The position numbers and the translations under genes are program-made. The notes under the pieces are model-generated. The model was not told where the DNA came from. It saw nothing but the letters and a program-made list of their open reading frames with translations, and did no database searches. 37,021 nt of DNA from DHVE2 group archaeon (GTDB lineage Archaea; Thermoplasmatota; Thermoplasmata; Thermoplasmatales; Aciduliprofundaceae): positions 1 to 37,021 of the forward strand of contig WALG01000111.1 of assembly GCA_015522955.1 (NCBI GenBank), read 5' to 3'. This document shows positions 1 through 10,103 of the stretch, one piece after another (the stretch's first letter is position 1; every line of letters begins with the position of its first letter).

Positions 1-43
1 GGAGAAGTATATGTTTATATGCAGATATGCATTCTCCTTCAGT

Positions 44-1279
44 ATGGAAATAGAACCCGGGGATCTGGTGGAAGTTCGAACTGGGAATGGAATTTTCAGA
101 GGAATTCTTGTACCCAAGGGAGAGTTCACAGGAGAGGATGTTGTAGTTCTTAAACTTGAAAATGGCTATAATATCGGTGTGATAGCCAAAGAGATAAAAC
201 TTATTAAAAAAGGAGAGAAAAAAGAAAAAAGGAAAATGAGGTTGAAAGAGAAAAAGAATCTGTCAAAAATATCCGTAATAAGCACAGGAGGAACCATTGC
301 AAGTTACGTTGATTATAAAACCGGCGCAGTGCATCCCGCACTTACCGCTGAGGACCTTCTTTTCTCGGTACCCGAAATAGAGGAGGAGGCCAATATTCGT
401 GCAAGCATACTTTTTAATATTCTCAGCGAGGATATGCATCCTGAATACTGGATACAACTTGCGAGGAAAATAAGAGATGAACTTAAAAAATCGGTGGGTG
501 TTGTGATACCCCATGGTACAGATACCATGTCCTATACTGCCTCGGCCCTCGCTTTTATGTTTCCTCGGCTATCTGGTCCTGTGATTCTTGTGGGTTCTCA
601 GAGGAGTAGCGATAGACCAAGTAGCGATGCGTATATGAATCTTCTCTCCGCAGTTCGTGTGGCAAAAACTGACCTTGGAGAGGTTGCAGTGGTGATGCAT
701 GCCACTACTAATGATGATTATTGCCATATACACAGGGGCACGAGAGTGAGAAAAATGCATACCTCCCGGCGAGATGCATTTAAGAGCATCAACTCCTTGC
801 CCCTGGGGGAAGTAAGGGGCAGAGAGGTGCGGTTTTTAACTCCATATAGAAAGAGGGATGATCTTACAGAATTGCAGGATAAACTCGAGAAAAGAGTCAC
901 ACTCATCTATTATTACCCGGGAATGGATGCCTCATTGGTGGAGAGAATACTGGAAAATACTCGGGGAGCGATAATTATGGGTACCGGACTTGGGCATACT
1001 GGTACCCATATTATACCTGTTCTTAAGAGATACATAAGGGATGGCGGTATTGTGGGGATGACGTCACAGTGCCTATATGGTATGGTCAATCTTAATGTAT
1101 ACTCAACAGGCCGAGAACTTAAAAAAATTGGTGTCATACCACTTGGAGATATGCTCCCTGAAGTTGCCTATACTAAATTGATGTACCTTCTTGGAAATTA
1201 CGATGTTGAAACCGCCAGGGATCTGTTGCCCAAGAATCTACGTGGAGAAATTGGTAGCGGGAGGATGATAACATGGTAA
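44..1279 (+). CDS. gatD: Glu-tRNA(Gln) amidotransferase subunit D (asparaginase-like)
   Basis: N-terminal 'VVLKLENGYNIG' domain plus asparaginase motifs GGTIAS, HGTDT, SQRSSDRPSSD and RKMHTSRRDAF. Adjacent to gatE. ATG at 44 (MEIEPGD) preferred over the ORF start at 11. Confidence 0.96.
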   Translation: MEIEPGDLVEVRTGNGIFRGILVPKGEFTGEDVVVLKLENGYNIGVIAKEIKLIKKGEKKEKRKMRLKEKKNLSKISVISTGGTIASYVDYKTGAVHPALTAEDLLFSVPEIEEEANIRASILFNILSEDMHPEYWIQLARKIRDELKKSVGVVIPHGTDTMSYTASALAFMFPRLSGPVILVGSQRSSDRPSSDAYMNLLSAVRVAKTDLGEVAVVMHATTNDDYCHIHRGTRVRKMHTSRRDAFKSINSLPLGEVRGREVRFLTPYRKRDDLTELQDKLEKRVTLIYYYPGMDASLVERILENTRGAIIMGTGLGHTGTHIIPVLKRYIRDGGIVGMTSQCLYGMVNLNVYSTGRELKKIGVIPLGDMLPEVAYTKLMYLLGNYDVETARDLLPKNLRGEIGSGRMITW

Positions 1280-3057
1280 AGTGCGGACTCGAAATCCATC
1301 AGCAACTGGCCACAAAAAAACTGTTCTGCGACTGTGAATCCATACTGAGTGATGAGGTACTATATACATTTGAAAGAGTTCTCAGACCTACCCAGAGTGA
1401 ACTTGGAGAGATTGATAGAGCAGCACTGGAAGAGAGTTTGAAGCATAGAAAATTTGTTTATCAAGTCACGCCCAATTCCTGTCTTGTGGAGGCAGATGAA
1501 GAGCCACCCCACGAACTGAATCGCGAGGCACTGGAAGTTGCACTTAAAGTTTCTCTCATGATGCATGCCAAGGTAATAGATGAGATTCATGTTATGAGAA
1601 AAATAGTGATTGACGGTTCCAATACCTCGGGATTTCAGAGAACCGCACTTATTGCAGTGGATGGATATCTGGACACTTCCTTCGGCAGGGTAAGAATACC
1701 CACCATATGCTTGGAGGAAGAGGCTGCTCGCAAAATAGAGGAGCAAGGAAATAGGGTGATATATCGCCTGGACCGTCTGGGAATACCCCTGATCGAAATC
1801 TCAACCTCTCCTGATATGGAGAACGGAGAGCAGGTTAAAGAAGTTGCCCAGAGGATAGGATATCTTCTGAGGGCAACAAAGAAGGTGCGAAGAGGCGTGG
1901 GTACCATAAGACAGGATATAAACATCTCCACAGGCCAGGGAAGGGTGGAGATAAAAGGTGCAGCCACGCTCAATATGATTCCAAAATGGGTTCAAAACGA
2001 GATAGAGAGGCAGAATATGCTTAAGGAAGTGGCGGAGATTCTAAAGAATAGAAATGCAAGAGTGGATGAGAGGATATATGATCTCACAGAGATATTCCAA
2101 GGGACTTCTTCAAAAATAATAAAGAATATTCTTAAGCGAGGAGGTGTTGTACTTGGAATCAAACTTCATGGCTTTGCAGGAGTGCTTAAAAAAGGAAACT
2201 ACCGTTTGGGAAAGGAGCTCGCTGAGCGTGTGAGAGTTATAGGAATAAAGGGGCTCTTCCACGGTGATGAACTACCCGGATACGGTATAACCCCACAGGA
2301 AGTGGAAAAAATAAAGAAAATTATGGCGCTTGAAGCGGAAGATTCCTTTGTAATTATAGGTGAGCAGAGAGAGAAGACACGGATTGGATTGCAAAAGGTA
2401 ATAGAGAGAGCGAAGATTGCTCTCTACGGGGTGCCGGATGAGACCCGGGGTCCCAGAGATGATGGAACCACTACTTATCTCCGTCCTCTTCCAGGAAGCG
2501 CCCGAATGTATCCAGAGACAGATATACCTCCAATACGAATAGAGGAAAATTATCTAGAGAAACTTAGAAAATCATTGCCCCCCATGCCAGAAAAGAGAGT
2601 GGAATATCTATGCACTCTTGGGATAAATAGGGAAATCGCATGGCAAATACTCCATCACGGATTGGATGACTTATTTGAAGAGATTGTGAAAAAATATGGC
2701 CATGCTACTATTGTGGCAAGAGCACTGTTGAACGGATGTGAGAATATAGATTATGACGGGGTATTCCATGCTCTTCATGAAGGAAAATTCTCCAAGGAGG
2801 CAGTGGATGATGTTGTAAACCGCCTCTGTAACGGTGAGGATTGGAATTCTATACTCTCTTCATTTTCAAGAAATGTGGACGTTGATGAAGTCATAAAGAG
2901 AGTTATTGAAGAAAAGAGAGAACTCATAGAAGTTCGGGGGCTTGATGCCTTTAAGCCTCTGATGGGTGTGATTATGAAGGAACTTAGGGGTAAAGTGGAT
3001 GGAAAGGTGATTAGCGAAAAATTAAGAAAAGCCCTTAAGGAGAGGCTCTCCGGATAA
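1273..3057 (+). CDS. gatE: Glu-tRNA(Gln) amidotransferase subunit E
   Basis: GLEIHQQL..KLFC, MRKIVIDGSNTSGFQRT, LDRLGIPLIEI, GTIRQDINIS and RPLPGSARMYPETD motifs, with an AspRS-like insertion. Overlaps the gatD stop. Confidence 0.97.
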   Translation: MVKCGLEIHQQLATKKLFCDCESILSDEVLYTFERVLRPTQSELGEIDRAALEESLKHRKFVYQVTPNSCLVEADEEPPHELNREALEVALKVSLMMHAKVIDEIHVMRKIVIDGSNTSGFQRTALIAVDGYLDTSFGRVRIPTICLEEEAARKIEEQGNRVIYRLDRLGIPLIEISTSPDMENGEQVKEVAQRIGYLLRATKKVRRGVGTIRQDINISTGQGRVEIKGAATLNMIPKWVQNEIERQNMLKEVAEILKNRNARVDERIYDLTEIFQGTSSKIIKNILKRGGVVLGIKLHGFAGVLKKGNYRLGKELAERVRVIGIKGLFHGDELPGYGITPQEVEKIKKIMALEAEDSFVIIGEQREKTRIGLQKVIERAKIALYGVPDETRGPRDDGTTTYLRPLPGSARMYPETDIPPIRIEENYLEKLRKSLPPMPEKRVEYLCTLGINREIAWQILHHGLDDLFEEIVKKYGHATIVARALLNGCENIDYDGVFHALHEGKFSKEAVDDVVNRLCNGEDWNSILSSFSRNVDVDEVIKRVIEEKRELIEVRGLDAFKPLMGVIMKELRGKVDGKVISEKLRKALKERLSG

Positions 3058-3072
3058 GAAAGATATAAATAT
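3058..3072 (+). promoter_or_regulatory. Probable BRE/TATA promoter of the C25 protease gene
   Basis: GAAAGATATAAATA about 50 nt upstream of ATG 3121, followed by an SD-like GGGGATGA. Confidence 0.45.
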
Positions 3073-3120
3073 GTGATTTTGCATGCAATAACTTGCCCAT
3101 TTGATTGGGGGGATGAAAAG

Positions 3121-6100
3121 ATGAAAGGTGGAAATTTGAGAAAATACGGAAGCATAGTGATAGTTAGCCTAATGGTTTTAACAGTGTTTGCAGTGATGTC
3201 CGGCGCTCATGGAGCCTCTGCGGTTCCCCGGAATTCTCCGGCATTTGGTACATCTTCGGGGATACTTGAGATCTCGAGACAATTTTCAGTGAGCCTTAAA
3301 GACATAAAGCAGGTGGCTGGACCCAATGGTGAAAGGTATCTGTTGATAAAGGGTACCAATCTAATGCAGAGTCCAGGAAAACCAATGTTACCTGTGAAGA
3401 TATTTACCTTCACGTTGCCAAGAAATGCAAAAATAGTGAATATCGGGGTAAATGGAATTTCCATGATGAATTATGGAAACGTAAAAATCTCACCGGGACC
3501 TCAGCCTGTGCCAAAATCCGGGAAAGCATATCCCACCAAATATGCCCTGCCAAAGTATAATATGCAGGTCTATGGTAAAAATGCGTTCTACCCTGCAAAG
3601 ACGTATGCCTACAGAATTGGATACACTAATCACGAAACTGTGCTTAATGTGTATCTCTATCCGCTACAGTATAACCCGATAACGCATGAAACAAGGGTTA
3701 TTTCTCATGCCAATGTGGTTGTGGATTATAAACTTATACCCCTGAAATCTACAGCACCTGTGATAAACGCAGAGAATATAATAATCACCTCACCACTTCT
3801 GAAGGAGCAGGCCCAAAGACTCGCGGATTTCCATAACTCCACGGGAGTTACCTCCTGGGTAGTTACCACTGACTGGATTGCAAAGAATTTTGATGCTGGG
3901 CCAACGCCACCCTATGATGGTTATGCCAACGATACCACATATTTCTATCATGAACTTGGCACTGCGCTACCACTTATAAAAGAGCCAATAAGAGGCTATA
4001 ACTATACCCTTGCCAGAAAAATTGTGGCGTTTCTCCAAAATGAGACCGGTGGAAATGTAACCTATGTTACCATATTCGGCAATGCAAGGATGGTACCTCC
4101 AAGTTATTATTGGGTTGACCAGTATCCATACCTTCTGGCATACTTCGGAATCCCAGGTTATGATTTATATGATGCATGGATACCCACCGATGCATTCTAT
4201 GCATCTCCAGATTACAATTCCACATACTTTGACTTTACGCCCAACTTCTTCCTTGGAAGGCTACCCGTTAATCCACTAACTGCCAAGGCCATGGTGGACA
4301 AGATCATCTACTATGCCAATCACAAGAGCGGCCTAATGAACGTTACTCTATCGGGAGGGCAGGTATTTGAGACTTCGTATTTCCTTGGAGAAACTGGTGT
4401 GCTTGAGCCTATAAATGCAGGATGGATGAACGGGGTCAAAATCACAGAGTATTTCCATACGCTGAGAAACTTTACCTATAATAACTTTGTAAAGATGATG
4501 AAGAACAGTGATATGATTATAGAAATCACTCATGGTTCGGGATTCTCATTCTGGCATCACAACGATGATATCAATGCCTGGGACTTCAGCATGAATGCAT
4601 CCTACGGCTCTCTGCCAATATACGCCTCTGGCTCCTGCCTTAATGGGGCATGGGACGAGGAAGTTTATCCATCAGAATTTGCCATGGGAATAAACGGAGG
4701 TACCTCCATAGCAGAGAAGATGCTATATGCTCCCGATGGAATAATTGCATACTTTGGCGGAGATAGAGAGGCATATGGAAGCACTGCTGCATATTTTGTA
4801 AATGGTACGCTGGTGGCACCCAATGACTTTGGAGACCTTATTACGGAGGATGGTACTGCAATAGCCTACAAGACTGCGATGGAGAACTATGGGTATGTTA
4901 CACTTGGAATGCTGTATTACTACGCACTTTATTATTACAATGTCTGGATTGGTCCAAATCTTCCTATAATAAATCCTTGGGGTTATGGAGGCTACAACTG
5001 GAATCTCTGGCAGAGGTCATACTTTGAATTCTCCGGGCTTGGTGACCCTGCACTTAAAGTGGCAGGAAATGGAACTTCAGCACCAGCATATTCACTTCCG
5101 AAGGTGGAGGTACGCAACGCAGTCTACAACGCTCAGGATGTTCCAGTAATAACCCGAGGACACTCGGTGACTGTGGATATAAAAACTGATTCTCCAACAG
5201 TAAAGGCAGAATTACTGTATCTTGAGCATGATGTATCCTCCTCTGGAGAGAGTTACTATGACTTTATTCTGGGCACCCAAACCCTTACTCCTGTCTCAAG
5301 TTCTGGTGGTGTGAATGATTTCACCTATGCCTTCACACCCAGCAGAGAAGGCACATATATTCTCTCTGTATATTCAGAAGATGGAAAGAACACGAGACTC
5401 TATATGGCATGTGGTGTACCCTCTGTACCAGGCATAAGTGTGAGTACGCAGAAAAATCTCAAGACCTACTCCAATATACCAGTCTCCGCAAAGCAGAGTG
5501 GTCCTGATGTGGAAATAATAACCCTGCTCGATTACGGTGATATTGCCTTTGGAAAAGAAACCAATGTAACCGCTGTGCTTTATAATTCAGGAAATGAAAC
5601 CGCAAACAATATTGTGGTGCATTTCTACCTTGAGAACTATGTATTGGCCATCCAGCAGGGCAATCTCAGTGCTCCGCTTGTATGGCTTGGTAATGCCACT
5701 CTGACATCCTTGGCGCCTGGTGAGATTGCCTATGTAACCATACCATGGAAGGCCGTTAATCTTATTCCTCTCGGCTTGGACCCAACTAACTCCTCTGCAA
5801 GATGGCAATATCTGGTGGCTAGTGCAGATGTTGCCGGAGATGTGAATCCGGACAATAATGCATATGTGGCCCTATTCCATGTGCATCTACCTGTGGATGT
5901 CTGGGCTCAGAAGGTGTTCTTGGAGAAGGATCCCATGGTAGGTGTACCCAATGCCATAACGTTTGAAATTTCAAATATTGGTACCACTGACACGGCCACA
6001 ACCAATGTAACGGTTATGGATGCTTATGGTGTTATAGATACTCTTCAGGTTACTCTTGCTCCCGGTGAAACTAAGTTTCTTACCGTACCATGGACTCCTG

Positions 6101-7899
6101 CCCAGGCAGGATGGGATTATGTAGCAGTATTTACCAGCACTCCTGGAGATATAAATACCCGTAATGACGTGGGTCTATACTATCCCAATGGGTACTATGG
6201 AGTCTATATGTTCAAAGTTCTCAGTTATGATGTTGCAGCGTTGAAACTTTCCCAAAATGGCGATAATCTGGATGTAACACTTTACAACTATGGACCGGTA
6301 GCATCTCCAGGCACCACAGTGCAGGTTAAGGAGTATCTTGGTGTAACTCCGTATCATGTAGAGTCCCCGCATCCGTACCCGGACAATTATGACAACATCT
6401 GGAAGATAGAGGCTCCAGGTGCAACTTCTCTGGCGTTACACTTTGAATATCTGGATGTAGAGCCCAACTATGATTATGTTCTCATTTACAACGAAACAGG
6501 TGCATTGCAGGTGTATTATACTGGCTTTTATAACAATTTGTGGACTCCATTTATCAATGGCTCCACTCTTTACGTGAGGCTGGTATCTGATGAAGCGGTG
6601 CATTACAGTGGATTTGTAATAGACGCCTATGCTAACGGTGCAGAGTTCCAGATTGTATCACTTGGAAACATAACCTTTGGTAGTATTGGTTCCGGTGAAT
6701 TTGCAACAGAAGGCATCTCGCTCGGAAATGTTACCACAGGGCCTCAATATTTTGAAGTAAATGCAACTACACCTGACGAGGTGGCTACACTTAACACTGG
6801 AGGAGACTCCAATAATAAACTTTCAGGATTTGTGAATATCCAAGATACTGTGCCTCCTGTAATTACTGGAATGTCACCCAATAACGTGGTTATAAATGAT
6901 CGCAGCCCAACCCTGCAAATACAGTTCCATGACACTATTTACAGTGGCTTCTCGGAGATAAGCGTGAAGGTAGATGGCATAGAGATAGGTACCAATGCGA
7001 AACTGGTAGCGAATGGTAATGATGGAAGCATAGCTGTGAAGGTACCATTCCTGCTTGTGGATGGAGAGCACAGCGTTGTGGTAACGCTTGTGGACAATGG
7101 AGGCAATGAGGTAAGCGAGGAATGGAATTTCACAATAGATGCCACACCGCCGCAGTTGGTAATCACGTCGCCTGTGGGCATGAATGTGCCGCTTACATAC
7201 AATTCCACGCTGAAGATAGAGGGCATAACAGAACCAGATGCCACGGTAACCATAAATGGAGTTACAGTGCCAGTGGGCAATGATGGGAAGTTCAGTTACG
7301 ATGCCACACTGGTGAAGGGAGAGAACATATTTTACATAGTGGCCACGGACCCGTATGGCAACAGTGCCTATATGGTGGTTACCGCGCTATACCTGCCAGA
7401 CCTGCCGCAACTGTGGAACGCAATCAGTGACCTGAAATCGCAGATATCGCAGATGCAGGGAGACATAGAGAAGTTGAACTCTGAGATAAATGGATTAAAG
7501 GGAGATGTCAATGGATTAAAGGCAAACATAAGTGCCATGGAAGAGAGATTAAATGAGTTACAGATAGCGCTAAAAGAGAATGTAACTGCGCTAAATAAGG
7601 CAATAGAGGACGCAAACACCACATTGATGAACGAGATAAACAATAATATTGCAACTCTGCAGGGTCAGATTAATGACCTGAAGAGCCAGATAAGCGATGC
7701 TCAGAGCCAGATAAAGAGTGTACAGGATGAAAACAAGAAGCAGAGCAATCAGATTAGCGGAGCAGATACCATAGGCTATGTGGGCATAGTTCTTGCAATA
7801 ATCGCGCTAATCATAGCGATAGTGGCCATTGCCAGAAAGCCCAAGAAGCCTGAGATGCCTGAGAGCAGCGAGTCCGAAGAATCCGAGTCTGAAGAATAA
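3121..7899 (+). CDS. Secreted, membrane-anchored peptidase C25 (gingipain-like) with propeptide, CARDB, CUB and Ig-like domains, coiled-coil stalk and C-terminal TM helix
   Basis: Signal peptide; C25 propeptide (PGKPMLPV..PLQYNP); IPTDAFY, GRLP, THGS (His) and GSCLNG (Cys) catalytic motifs; LGDPAL; CARDB-like repeats (D.NP.NN); CUB (ESPHPYPDN..WKI..LHFEYLDVEPNYDYV); heptad repeats; TM helix followed by RKPKK. Start ATG 3121 lies after an SD. Confidence 0.85.
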   Translation: MKGGNLRKYGSIVIVSLMVLTVFAVMSGAHGASAVPRNSPAFGTSSGILEISRQFSVSLKDIKQVAGPNGERYLLIKGTNLMQSPGKPMLPVKIFTFTLPRNAKIVNIGVNGISMMNYGNVKISPGPQPVPKSGKAYPTKYALPKYNMQVYGKNAFYPAKTYAYRIGYTNHETVLNVYLYPLQYNPITHETRVISHANVVVDYKLIPLKSTAPVINAENIIITSPLLKEQAQRLADFHNSTGVTSWVVTTDWIAKNFDAGPTPPYDGYANDTTYFYHELGTALPLIKEPIRGYNYTLARKIVAFLQNETGGNVTYVTIFGNARMVPPSYYWVDQYPYLLAYFGIPGYDLYDAWIPTDAFYASPDYNSTYFDFTPNFFLGRLPVNPLTAKAMVDKIIYYANHKSGLMNVTLSGGQVFETSYFLGETGVLEPINAGWMNGVKITEYFHTLRNFTYNNFVKMMKNSDMIIEITHGSGFSFWHHNDDINAWDFSMNASYGSLPIYASGSCLNGAWDEEVYPSEFAMGINGGTSIAEKMLYAPDGIIAYFGGDREAYGSTAAYFVNGTLVAPNDFGDLITEDGTAIAYKTAMENYGYVTLGMLYYYALYYYNVWIGPNLPIINPWGYGGYNWNLWQRSYFEFSGLGDPALKVAGNGTSAPAYSLPKVEVRNAVYNAQDVPVITRGHSVTVDIKTDSPTVKAELLYLEHDVSSSGESYYDFILGTQTLTPVSSSGGVNDFTYAFTPSREGTYILSVYSEDGKNTRLYMACGVPSVPGISVSTQKNLKTYSNIPVSAKQSGPDVEIITLLDYGDIAFGKETNVTAVLYNSGNETANNIVVHFYLENYVLAIQQGNLSAPLVWLGNATLTSLAPGEIAYVTIPWKAVNLIPLGLDPTNSSARWQYLVASADVAGDVNPDNNAYVALFHVHLPVDVWAQKVFLEKDPMVGVPNAITFEISNIGTTDTATTNVTVMDAYGVIDTLQVTLAPGETKFLTVPWTPAQAGWDYVAVFTSTPGDINTRNDVGLYYPNGYYGVYMFKVLSYDVAALKLSQNGDNLDVTLYNYGPVASPGTTVQVKEYLGVTPYHVESPHPYPDNYDNIWKIEAPGATSLALHFEYLDVEPNYDYVLIYNETGALQVYYTGFYNNLWTPFINGSTLYVRLVSDEAVHYSGFVIDAYANGAEFQIVSLGNITFGSIGSGEFATEGISLGNVTTGPQYFEVNATTPDEVATLNTGGDSNNKLSGFVNIQDTVPPVITGMSPNNVVINDRSPTLQIQFHDTIYSGFSEISVKVDGIEIGTNAKLVANGNDGSIAVKVPFLLVDGEHSVVVTLVDNGGNEVSEEWNFTIDATPPQLVITSPVGMNVPLTYNSTLKIEGITEPDATVTINGVTVPVGNDGKFSYDATLVKGENIFYIVATDPYGNSAYMVVTALYLPDLPQLWNAISDLKSQISQMQGDIEKLNSEINGLKGDVNGLKANISAMEERLNELQIALKENVTALNKAIEDANTTLMNEINNNIATLQGQINDLKSQISDAQSQIKSVQDENKKQSNQISGADTIGYVGIVLAIIALIIAIVAIARKPKKPEMPESSESEESESEE

Positions 7900-7900
7900 T

Positions 7901-7927
7901 CTTTTTCCTTTTTTCCAATATTTTTAA
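7901..7927 (+). terminator. Oligo-T archaeal terminator
   Basis: CTTTTTCCTTTTTTCCAATATTTTTT immediately after the stop codon. Confidence 0.55.
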
Positions 7928-7953
7928 TTACTTTTCTGCATTAAACCATCATA

Positions 7954-8472
7954 ATGCTTATTGCACTCACGGGTACTCCCGGTACAGGTAAAACATCGGT
8001 GGCAAAGATTTTGCAGAAGGAATACCAAGTAGTGTATCTCAAGGATTATGAAGATGCAGTAATTTATTATGATGAACACAGAGATAGTAAAGTGGTTGAT
8101 TTAGATACTCTGCGAGAGGAGGTTAATGCACTTAATAAGGATGCTCTGTATATCATTGAGGGACATTATGCACATGAGATGCCTGTGGATGTGGTAATTG
8201 TACTAAGGTGCCATCCAGAAGAACTTGGAAAAAGGCTGAAGAAAAGAGGATATAGAGAGAGGAAGATACAGGAAAATGTGGAGGCTGAGGCCATGAGCCT
8301 CATAACAAGCGAGTCTATTCTTTACCATGGGAAAGATAAAGTATTTGAAATTGATACTACAGGAAAAACTCCAGAGGAGTGTGCAAAAGAGGTAGAGGAT
8401 ATCCTTAACGGCCAGAAGGAGAAATATCGTCCAAGAATCAATTACTCGGAGGAGATACTCAAATGGTACTGA
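7954..8472 (+). CDS. adkA: Adenylate kinase, AK6/Fap7 family
   Basis: P-loop GTPGTGKT, hhhEGH motif (IIEGHYAH), VIVLRC.PEEL..RL..RGY...KI.ENVEAE. Confidence 0.88.
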   Translation: MLIALTGTPGTGKTSVAKILQKEYQVVYLKDYEDAVIYYDEHRDSKVVDLDTLREEVNALNKDALYIIEGHYAHEMPVDVVIVLRCHPEELGKRLKKRGYRERKIQENVEAEAMSLITSESILYHGKDKVFEIDTTGKTPEECAKEVEDILNGQKEKYRPRINYSEEILKWY

Positions 8473-9065
8473 ACAAATATCGTAAAAATGTGGATTCGTT
8501 GCTTAACTCTCTTGCAAAACCATTTTTAAAGATGAGCCCCAATGCCATAACACTAATCTCCCTCCTTCTTGCATTTCTCGCGGGACTCTCGTATTATCTC
8601 ACCCATATTAGCGTTTACTGGTTGATAGGAGCCTTTATTTTTACATTTCTTGCGGCGTTATTCGATGCTTTAGACGGCAAGGTTGCGAGACTTCGAGGAA
8701 TTTCATCCAGAAAAGGTGATTTTTTGGATCATCTTGTGGATAGATATGCAGACACATTCATAATAATCGGAATTTCTCTAAGTCCGTACTCAAACCCGCT
8801 CATAGGCATATTTGCCCTCAGCGGTGTGTATTTGACAAGTTACATAGGCACTCAGGCCCAGGCTGTGGGTGTTGGGAGGCTATATGGAGGACTTCTTGGA
8901 AGGGCAGATAGGATGGTTATTCTTCTCGTTCTCCCCATACCGCAACTCTTCTGGTGGGGCTTCTATTTCTCTGCAAGTTCCTGGGTTCTCATAGCATTTG
9001 CCGTTCTGGGTCATATCACTGCCCTTCAGAGGATTTTGAGTGCTTGGAAAAATATTCCTTCCTGA
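8463..9065 (+). CDS. CDP-alcohol phosphatidyltransferase (probable archaetidylinositol-phosphate or archaetidylglycerophosphate synthase)
   Basis: Signature DALDGKVAR..G.FLDHLVDR, SPNAIT and multiple TM helices. Confidence 0.9.
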   Translation: MVLNKYRKNVDSLLNSLAKPFLKMSPNAITLISLLLAFLAGLSYYLTHISVYWLIGAFIFTFLAALFDALDGKVARLRGISSRKGDFLDHLVDRYADTFIIIGISLSPYSNPLIGIFALSGVYLTSYIGTQAQAVGVGRLYGGLLGRADRMVILLVLPIPQLFWWGFYFSASSWVLIAFAVLGHITALQRILSAWKNIPS

Positions 9066-10098
9066 GTTTGTAGTAAAGTAGAGGATGGCTCATCCATTCC
9101 TTCATACATAGTTTATCCTTGGCAATATCACGAACACATAACCCATAGGCCCGCAAGGTCTCACATTTGGGTACCGAGTACTCTTTACCCGATATTTTTC
9201 CTGTTATGTGGGCAATCTGGTATTTTGTCATATCCTCCCTGAAATCCGGTACTGTGGAGAATATTTTAAGTATTTCATCATTTTTTAGTCCTATTTTATG
9301 CAAAAATGTCACCAGATAGAATCTTGCTTGATGTGGCAGGTTCATTCCCTCCTTCAACTGATTCAAAATACTCTGGATACATGGGGGGAATGCCCTTGGT
9401 TCTACAGAACCCAGAGTTGCAGGGGAATATGAGGCTATGAACTCATTCTTTATCTCCCTGACTTTTTTTATCTCCTCCTCAAAATACTTCTTTAGCAAGG
9501 AAGCATCATTTTTTCTATCTTCAATCTCTCTTACGAATTTCTGAACAAAAGCCTCTCTTATGAGTTTTATAAAGATTTCTCTGCTTACGGGAATCCATCC
9601 CTGCAGCAGTGGCTGGTTTAAAAGTCTGAAATTCTCACCACTCAATCTAGATGCATATCTAACAAAATCTGTGAAATGAGTTAGTCGAAAAACCAGATAA
9701 TTGCGATGCTGGAGATGCATTTCACTAATTTCTTTTGAAGGTTTTTTAAATTTTATTCTGAATGCATTTGCTACAATCTCTACAATCTCATCGTTCTCTC
9801 CAAGGAGATGCTCCTCTATTTTATCCCGCATGCGATTTGCAAATCTCTGTGTTATTATGGGATCCTGAAGAGCGATGAGAAATAATTTTGCCACATGATA
9901 GGCCAGGAGTTTGGTGAATGGCTCAGTAACATACATTGTATCTTCTTCTTTAAATGCATTGAAAACCATAGATAATCCCAACGTTTTTGCCTCCCCGTAC
10001 TGCGAGGAGTTTAGAAGTTCCTCTATTGATATATTACCAACATATTCTCTGATTTCTGGTAGAAAAGGATATCTTGCAAGCATGGAAATATCGGGCAT
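9016..10098 (-). CDS. priL: DNA primase large subunit
   Basis: N-terminal ARYPFL; C-terminal Fe-S domain FPPCI..NLPHQARF..PDF....T.YQ..HI..YSVPKC..LC..LC..HPL.YY. Start is ATG 10098 (or 10083) because the longer ORF start lies inside the tRNA. Confidence 0.93.
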   Translation of the reverse strand: MPDISMLARYPFLPEIREYVGNISIEELLNSSQYGEAKTLGLSMVFNAFKEEDTMYVTEPFTKLLAYHVAKLFLIALQDPIITQRFANRMRDKIEEHLLGENDEIVEIVANAFRIKFKKPSKEISEMHLQHRNYLVFRLTHFTDFVRYASRLSGENFRLLNQPLLQGWIPVSREIFIKLIREAFVQKFVREIEDRKNDASLLKKYFEEEIKKVREIKNEFIASYSPATLGSVEPRAFPPCIQSILNQLKEGMNLPHQARFYLVTFLHKIGLKNDEILKIFSTVPDFREDMTKYQIAHITGKISGKEYSVPKCETLRAYGLCVRDIAKDKLCMKEWMSHPLLYYKLRKEYFSKHSKSSEGQ

Positions 10099-10103
10099 CT
10101 CAG

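Noticed and set aside
7420..7760. CRISPR-like or tandem DNA repeats
   Set aside because: The repeats are 12-mers in frame with coiled-coil heptads. There are no spacers or cas genes in the window.
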